Assembly (NCBI GenBank): GCA_012103325.1
Contig: WLWY01000001.1
Location: 1,153,653-1,217,652 of the forward strand
DNA length: 64,000 bases
Source: Alphaproteobacteria bacterium
Lineage (GTDB): Bacteria > Pseudomonadota > Alphaproteobacteria > UBA8366 > GCA-2717185
Direction of reading: 5' to 3'
In this document: in pieces, positions 60,230-64,000 of the stretch
Layout: every line of letters starts with the position of its first letter
How positions within the stretch are numbered: the first letter of the stretch is position 1
Notes under the pieces: generated by a model
Told to the model about the DNA's origin: nothing
Databases searched by the model: none
What the model saw: the letters and a program-made list of their open reading frames with translations, nothing else
Program-made: the position numbers and the translations under genes

Positions 60230-60664
60230 ATGAAGGTACAATCACTCGGCCATGTCGTGCTGAAAGTCAGCGATCAAAAACGCGCGGAAGAATTCTATAA
60301 CGGTCTTCTCGGCCTGCCGCTCGTCGCGCGGTTCGACTCCCGCAAGATGTCGTTCTTCAGCCTCGGCGACCATCACGACTTCGCGGTTGCCGCCGTTGGG
60401 GAAGATGCCGCCGGTCCGGACGACAACGGCATTGGCCTGCAGCATGTCGCCTTCAAGATCGGCGATACGGCCGATGTCCTGAAAGAAGCGAAAATGGAAT
60501 TGGAGGCGGCTGGCGTCGCCGTCACGCCTGTCGACCACGGGGTGACCCAATCGCTCTACTTCCTGGATCCGGACGGAAACCGCCTGGAAGTATATGTCGA
60601 CGTTTCCGATGCGTGGCGGCGCGATCCCGGCCTTGTCGCACAGGCGGAGCCGCTGAGCTTGTAA
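60230..60664 (+). CDS. VOC (glyoxalase/bleomycin-resistance/extradiol dioxygenase) family protein
   Basis: LGHVVLKVSDQKRAEEFYNGLLGL…LQHVAFKI…LYFLDPDGNRLEVY shows the βαβββ module pattern of the family. Confidence 0.8.
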   Translation: MKVQSLGHVVLKVSDQKRAEEFYNGLLGLPLVARFDSRKMSFFSLGDHHDFAVAAVGEDAAGPDDNGIGLQHVAFKIGDTADVLKEAKMELEAAGVAVTPVDHGVTQSLYFLDPDGNRLEVYVDVSDAWRRDPGLVAQAEPLSL

Positions 60665-60673
60665 CCACGCCAG

Positions 60674-61030
60674 CTATTCGGTGCGGTCGACGATCCGTTC
60701 CGGCGAGGCATGCACGCCATAGGTTTTCATCGGTGTGGCGCCGGTGACGCGAAAACCGTGTTTCACATTCGGCGGCAGGACAAGCGTCGTGCCGGGCCCT
60801 ATCGCGACGGTGCCTTCCTGCCCGTCCATCCAGGCCTCGCCCTCCCCTTCGATAACGCTCACGATTTCCATATAGGGGTGCGAATGGGTGCCTGTCGAAT
60901 AGCCCGGCGGCGAAACTTGAACGCCGATCCGGACCGGCGTCGAGCCGGCCTCATCGCCAACGATCGTCTGATAGGTCGCTCCGCTGGGAAACGGCTGCTT
61001 GGGTACATTGTCCAGTTCAACGATCGGCAT
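60674..61030 (-). CDS. Cupin domain protein
   Basis: Cupin motifs GTHSHPYMEIVSVIEGEG and PPNVKHGF. Confidence 0.75.
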   Translation of the reverse strand: MPIVELDNVPKQPFPSGATYQTIVGDEAGSTPVRIGVQVSPPGYSTGTHSHPYMEIVSVIEGEGEAWMDGQEGTVAIGPGTTLVLPPNVKHGFRVTGATPMKTYGVHASPERIVDRTE

Positions 61031-61163
61031 CGCTGCTATTCCCGCTACAATCAATATCCTTGACGATTATACCGGGTAGGCGGAGCCAGCGCCATGGCGG
61101 CACATCAGCCAGCAGTGAGAAGATCGGTTGCCGTTTCAACTCAAAAGTATGTCGTAGAGACCG

Positions 61164-61454
61164 TTAGTCTTTTTCGTTCTTTACGGCGACGAAGCCAGAA
61201 GCACCTTTACCACGTGCGCGTCGCACGGTGTAGCCTTGATTGCCCAACCGAAAACCCTCATCCTTTTCCAAAGACGCAAGCGCTTTGACAAGTTTTTCAG
61301 CAACGGGATCGGCTTCTTCGATTTTTTTTGCGGACTGTTGACGCCTCAACCATTTCACGAACACATCTTCAGCAAGATCGTCACCTACAGACTTTCGCAG
61401 CGCATTCAGTTTTGCAATCTGCCCCTTTTTTAGTTCGCTTTCATCTATCGGCAT
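61164..61454 (-). CDS. Hypothetical small basic protein (96 aa), low GC
   Basis: ORF in a low-GC stretch adjacent to the left end of IS66. No family recognised. Confidence 0.4.
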   Translation of the reverse strand: MPIDESELKKGQIAKLNALRKSVGDDLAEDVFVKWLRRQQSAKKIEEADPVAEKLVKALASLEKDEGFRLGNQGYTVRRARGKGASGFVAVKNEKD

Positions 61455-61625
61455 CGGAGTTTACTCCACACTGTTTTGTAGGAACTGTTGATCACCGAGC
61501 GTTTTAGAGCATTGAGTACAGTCAAGGAACCCTCCTTTCGAATATTTTATGTTTCCGGTGCTAACGAAACTCGAGTGAGCGTCCGGTAAAGCAGCCCTGC
61601 CTATGATGACGTTGGACTGTTACGC

Positions 61626-63137
61626 TCAGGTTTGAGCGTAACGCCAGGGGAGCAGTTCGTCGATCCGATTGATTTTATGGTCGGCGATACAGGCTAGCGT
61701 GTCGGTTAGCCAGGCCTGCGGATCGACGCCATTGAGTTTTGCTGTCTCGATCAGCGTATAGGCGATGGCGGCTGATTTGCCGCCGGCCTCGGACCCCATG
61801 AAGAGATAATTCTTCCGCCCCAGGGCGATGGGCCGCATGGATCGCTCTGCGGTATTGTTGTCGAGTTCAAGAAAGCCGTGATCTAGATATGGTCGCAGCT
61901 TCTTCATGCGGGTCAGGGCGTAGCGAATAGCACCGGCTAAGGGTGATTTGCCGGATATCCGGGTCAATTGGGCATGCAGCCATGATTCCAGGTCGTCGAA
62001 GATTGGTTTTGATTGGCGCTGCCTGATCTTCACCCGTTGATCCGGCGATTGGCCCCGAACCTCCTTCTCGACGCCATAGAGTGTGGCGATACGTTTTATG
62101 GCTTCCTCGGCAATCGCCGATCCCTGAGCTTTGTGGATATCGACGAACTTGCGTCGGATATGGGCCATGCAGGCCACTTCCGTCACCTTGCCCGTGCGGT
62201 ACAGGTCATTGAACCCCGCATAGCCATCGGCATGCATGAAGCCCGTGAAGTCCGCTAGATGTTCGCGCGGGCGAACGCCCTTCCTGTCGGACGAGAACTG
62301 ATACCATGCGGCAGGATGCGCCTCTCCGGCCCAGGGTCGTTCATCGCGGACATAGGCCCAAAGCCGCGCGGTCCTGGTTTTACCGGAGCCTGGGGTCAGC
62401 ATTTTTACCGGCGTATCATCGGCGAAGAGGGCCTGTCCCTTTAAAACATGGCGCGCGACGGCGTCCGCCAAAGGTTCCAACAGAGCCGTGGATTTGCCAA
62501 CCCAATCGGCCAGGGTGGAGCGGTCCAGATCGATCCCCTCGCGCTGGAATATCTGACTTTGCCGGTACAAAGGCGAATGATCGGCGTACTTGTTGACCAG
62601 CACATGGGCCAGTAGGCCAGGACCGGGCCGCCCGTGCTCAATCGGCCGCGACGGCAGGGCTGCCTGATGGAACGTCTCACAGCAGGTGCAGGCCATGCGC
62701 GGGCGAACAATCCGGTTCACGACAAAACGTCCGGGGACATATTCCAGTTCCTCGGTGACATCGTCGCCAAGCGTTTTGAGCGCACCGCCGCATTCCCCAC
62801 AGGCATCGCCCGGCGACAGTGTTGTCTCGTTGCGTGGGAGATGACCGGGCAGCGGTTTACGTTTGGGCTTGTCTTTTGGCGCTGCAGATTGATCTGCATT
62901 TGCATCGTCTGACGCGGGCTCCTGCGCGGACGCCGCAATCTCTTCGTCTTCCAGCGTCAACGCCAGTTGATCCAGAGCCTCCGAGCGCGACCCGAAGCGA
63001 TGCTGGCGCATCCCGGCCAATTGGTGTTGGAGCTTCTCGATCAACACCGCCTGTGACTTCACTTCCGACGCCAGCGATGCCACCAGACCTTTTAATGCGG
63101 CAGGTTCATTCGGGAGGTTCTCAGCGTCGTCGAGCAT
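61626..63137 (-). CDS. tnpC: IS66 family transposase (TnpC)
   Basis: 503 aa with a leucine zipper, a CxxC…C-x-C zinc motif (CGECGG…CTCCETF) and a DDE region. Confidence 0.9.
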   Translation of the reverse strand: MLDDAENLPNEPAALKGLVASLASEVKSQAVLIEKLQHQLAGMRQHRFGSRSEALDQLALTLEDEEIAASAQEPASDDANADQSAAPKDKPKRKPLPGHLPRNETTLSPGDACGECGGALKTLGDDVTEELEYVPGRFVVNRIVRPRMACTCCETFHQAALPSRPIEHGRPGPGLLAHVLVNKYADHSPLYRQSQIFQREGIDLDRSTLADWVGKSTALLEPLADAVARHVLKGQALFADDTPVKMLTPGSGKTRTARLWAYVRDERPWAGEAHPAAWYQFSSDRKGVRPREHLADFTGFMHADGYAGFNDLYRTGKVTEVACMAHIRRKFVDIHKAQGSAIAEEAIKRIATLYGVEKEVRGQSPDQRVKIRQRQSKPIFDDLESWLHAQLTRISGKSPLAGAIRYALTRMKKLRPYLDHGFLELDNNTAERSMRPIALGRKNYLFMGSEAGGKSAAIAYTLIETAKLNGVDPQAWLTDTLACIADHKINRIDELLPWRYAQT

Positions 63138-63209
63138 GCCGGCAATCTATCAGCCGCCACCCCGCATGGGAATCCCCGGAAATTGACAACCCTTTGCTGT
63201 GAAACGACT

Positions 63210-63557
63210 TTACCCAGCCGTCAGGGGACGCCACGTTCGTTGTGGTATGCGCCAATCAATCCCTTCCAGCAGCATCGCCAATTGAGCCGGGGTCAGCGCA
63301 ACCTTGCCCGCTTTCGCAGACGGCCAGACAAACCGTCCCTTCTCCAGACGCTTCGAGAACAGACATGCCCCTTGCCCGTCCCACCAGATCACCTTGATCA
63401 GATCGCCACGGCGACCCCGGAAGACGAACAGATGACCGCAATACGGCGCCGCCTTTAGAACCTTCTCTGTTTGCGCTGACAGCCCATTGAACCCCTTACG
63501 CATGTCCGTCACGCCGGCCGCAAGCCAAACCTTCGTGTTCGTGGGAACCGGGATCAT
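63210..63557 (-). CDS. tnpB: IS66 family accessory protein TnpB (Orf2)
   Basis: [29 protein letters not shown] is the conserved IS66 Orf2 N-terminus. Confidence 0.9.
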   Translation of the reverse strand: MIPVPTNTKVWLAAGVTDMRKGFNGLSAQTEKVLKAAPYCGHLFVFRGRRGDLIKVIWWDGQGACLFSKRLEKGRFVWPSAKAGKVALTPAQLAMLLEGIDWRIPQRTWRPLTAG

Positions 63558-63931
63558 CCCGACAAGCACCGGAGCAGACGTACGAGCGCTTCGGGATCGT
63601 AAGGGCCGCTAATGCTCAAGCGATGACCTCCGGCAAGCGTGACCTCGATCTTGCCTTCGTCACCAACAGGGCGCTCGGCTTCGTGCTCGACGTGACGCGC
63701 AATCTCAACCGGCAGGAAACAGGCGGCGTCATCGACCGTGTCACTTCCCGCAAACCGGGGATCTTTCAGCCAGTTGAAAACCTGATTGGCGTTCACATTG
63801 TAGCGCCGTGCAACCTGTGAAACCGAAACGCCCGCAAACCGCGTCTGTGCGCAAATCATCCGCTTCTCGTCTGCACTCCAGCGCCGACGCTTGCCCCGCT
63901 TCGCCACATCCTGATCCCCGTTAGTGTCCAC
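63554..63931 (-). CDS. tnpA: IS66 family TnpA (Orf1), helix-turn-helix protein
   Basis: [41 protein letters not shown] is an IS3/IS66-type helix-turn-helix. Confidence 0.85.
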   Translation of the reverse strand: MDTNGDQDVAKRGKRRRWSADEKRMICAQTRFAGVSVSQVARRYNVNANQVFNWLKDPRFAGSDTVDDAACFLPVEIARHVEHEAERPVGDEGKIEVTLAGGHRLSISGPYDPEALVRLLRCLSG

Positions 63932-64000
63932 CTAAACAAGTGGACACTAAACCTCACTTCTTCTGCACGGCAGAGCGGTCAGGCCGGACGCTTACAAACT

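Larger units (their letters stand above)
61575..63996 (-). mobile_element. IS66 family insertion sequence (complete: tnpA-tnpB-tnpC plus terminal inverted repeats)
   Basis: Right end …CTGCACGGCAGAGCGGTCAGGCCGGACGCTTAC and left end GTGAGCGTCCGGTAAAGCAGC form imperfect terminal inverted repeats of GTAAGCGTCCGG type. The three ORFs are in canonical order. Confidence 0.8.

Overview
High-GC (~65%) alphaproteobacterial chromosome segment. Positions 1-16.3 kb are a conserved housekeeping block: addB(partial)-addA-trxA on the + strand, then folC-accD-trpA-trpB-trpF-pyrF-lapA-ihfB-rpsA-cmk-aroA on the - strand, a TIGR02300 zinc-ribbon gene and tRNA-Ala(GGC). Next comes a ~2 kb low-GC islet carrying an orphan PEP-CTERM protein. 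The following ~40 kb is an accessory catabolic region. It holds an amidohydrolase plus COG0523 GTPase, a PhyH dioxygenase, a TRAP transporter (dctPQM), a LacI regulator, a HisD-family dehydrogenase, a fused HyuA-HyuB (1292 aa) and a second split hyuB-hyuA pair. It also holds split sulfopyruvate-decarboxylase-like TPP subunits (comDE), a 2-hydroxyacid dehydrogenase, MFS and FNT transporters, a tandem tRNA/tRNA-like pair, a serine hydrolase, CMD and SDR genes, a D-aminoacylase, a CoA-transferase, a response regulator/PAS kinase pair, an orphan CoxL-like molybdoenzyme subunit, and GNAT/VOC/cupin genes. The window ends with a complete IS66 element (tnpA-tnpB-tnpC). Non-genic highlights are several families of intergenic palindromic repeats (short CTAGTG-bounded hairpin elements at four loci, ~200-320 bp nested GC-rich palindromes, a folC-accD nested palindrome, a 270-bp long palindrome). 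The strongest candidate for something undescribed is a 728-aa protein whose last ~170 aa and overlapping 120-aa downstream ORF sit in a sharply AT-rich module, i.e. a candidate polymorphic toxin/immunity cassette followed by an iteron/inverted-repeat region. No CRISPR array and no rRNA are present.
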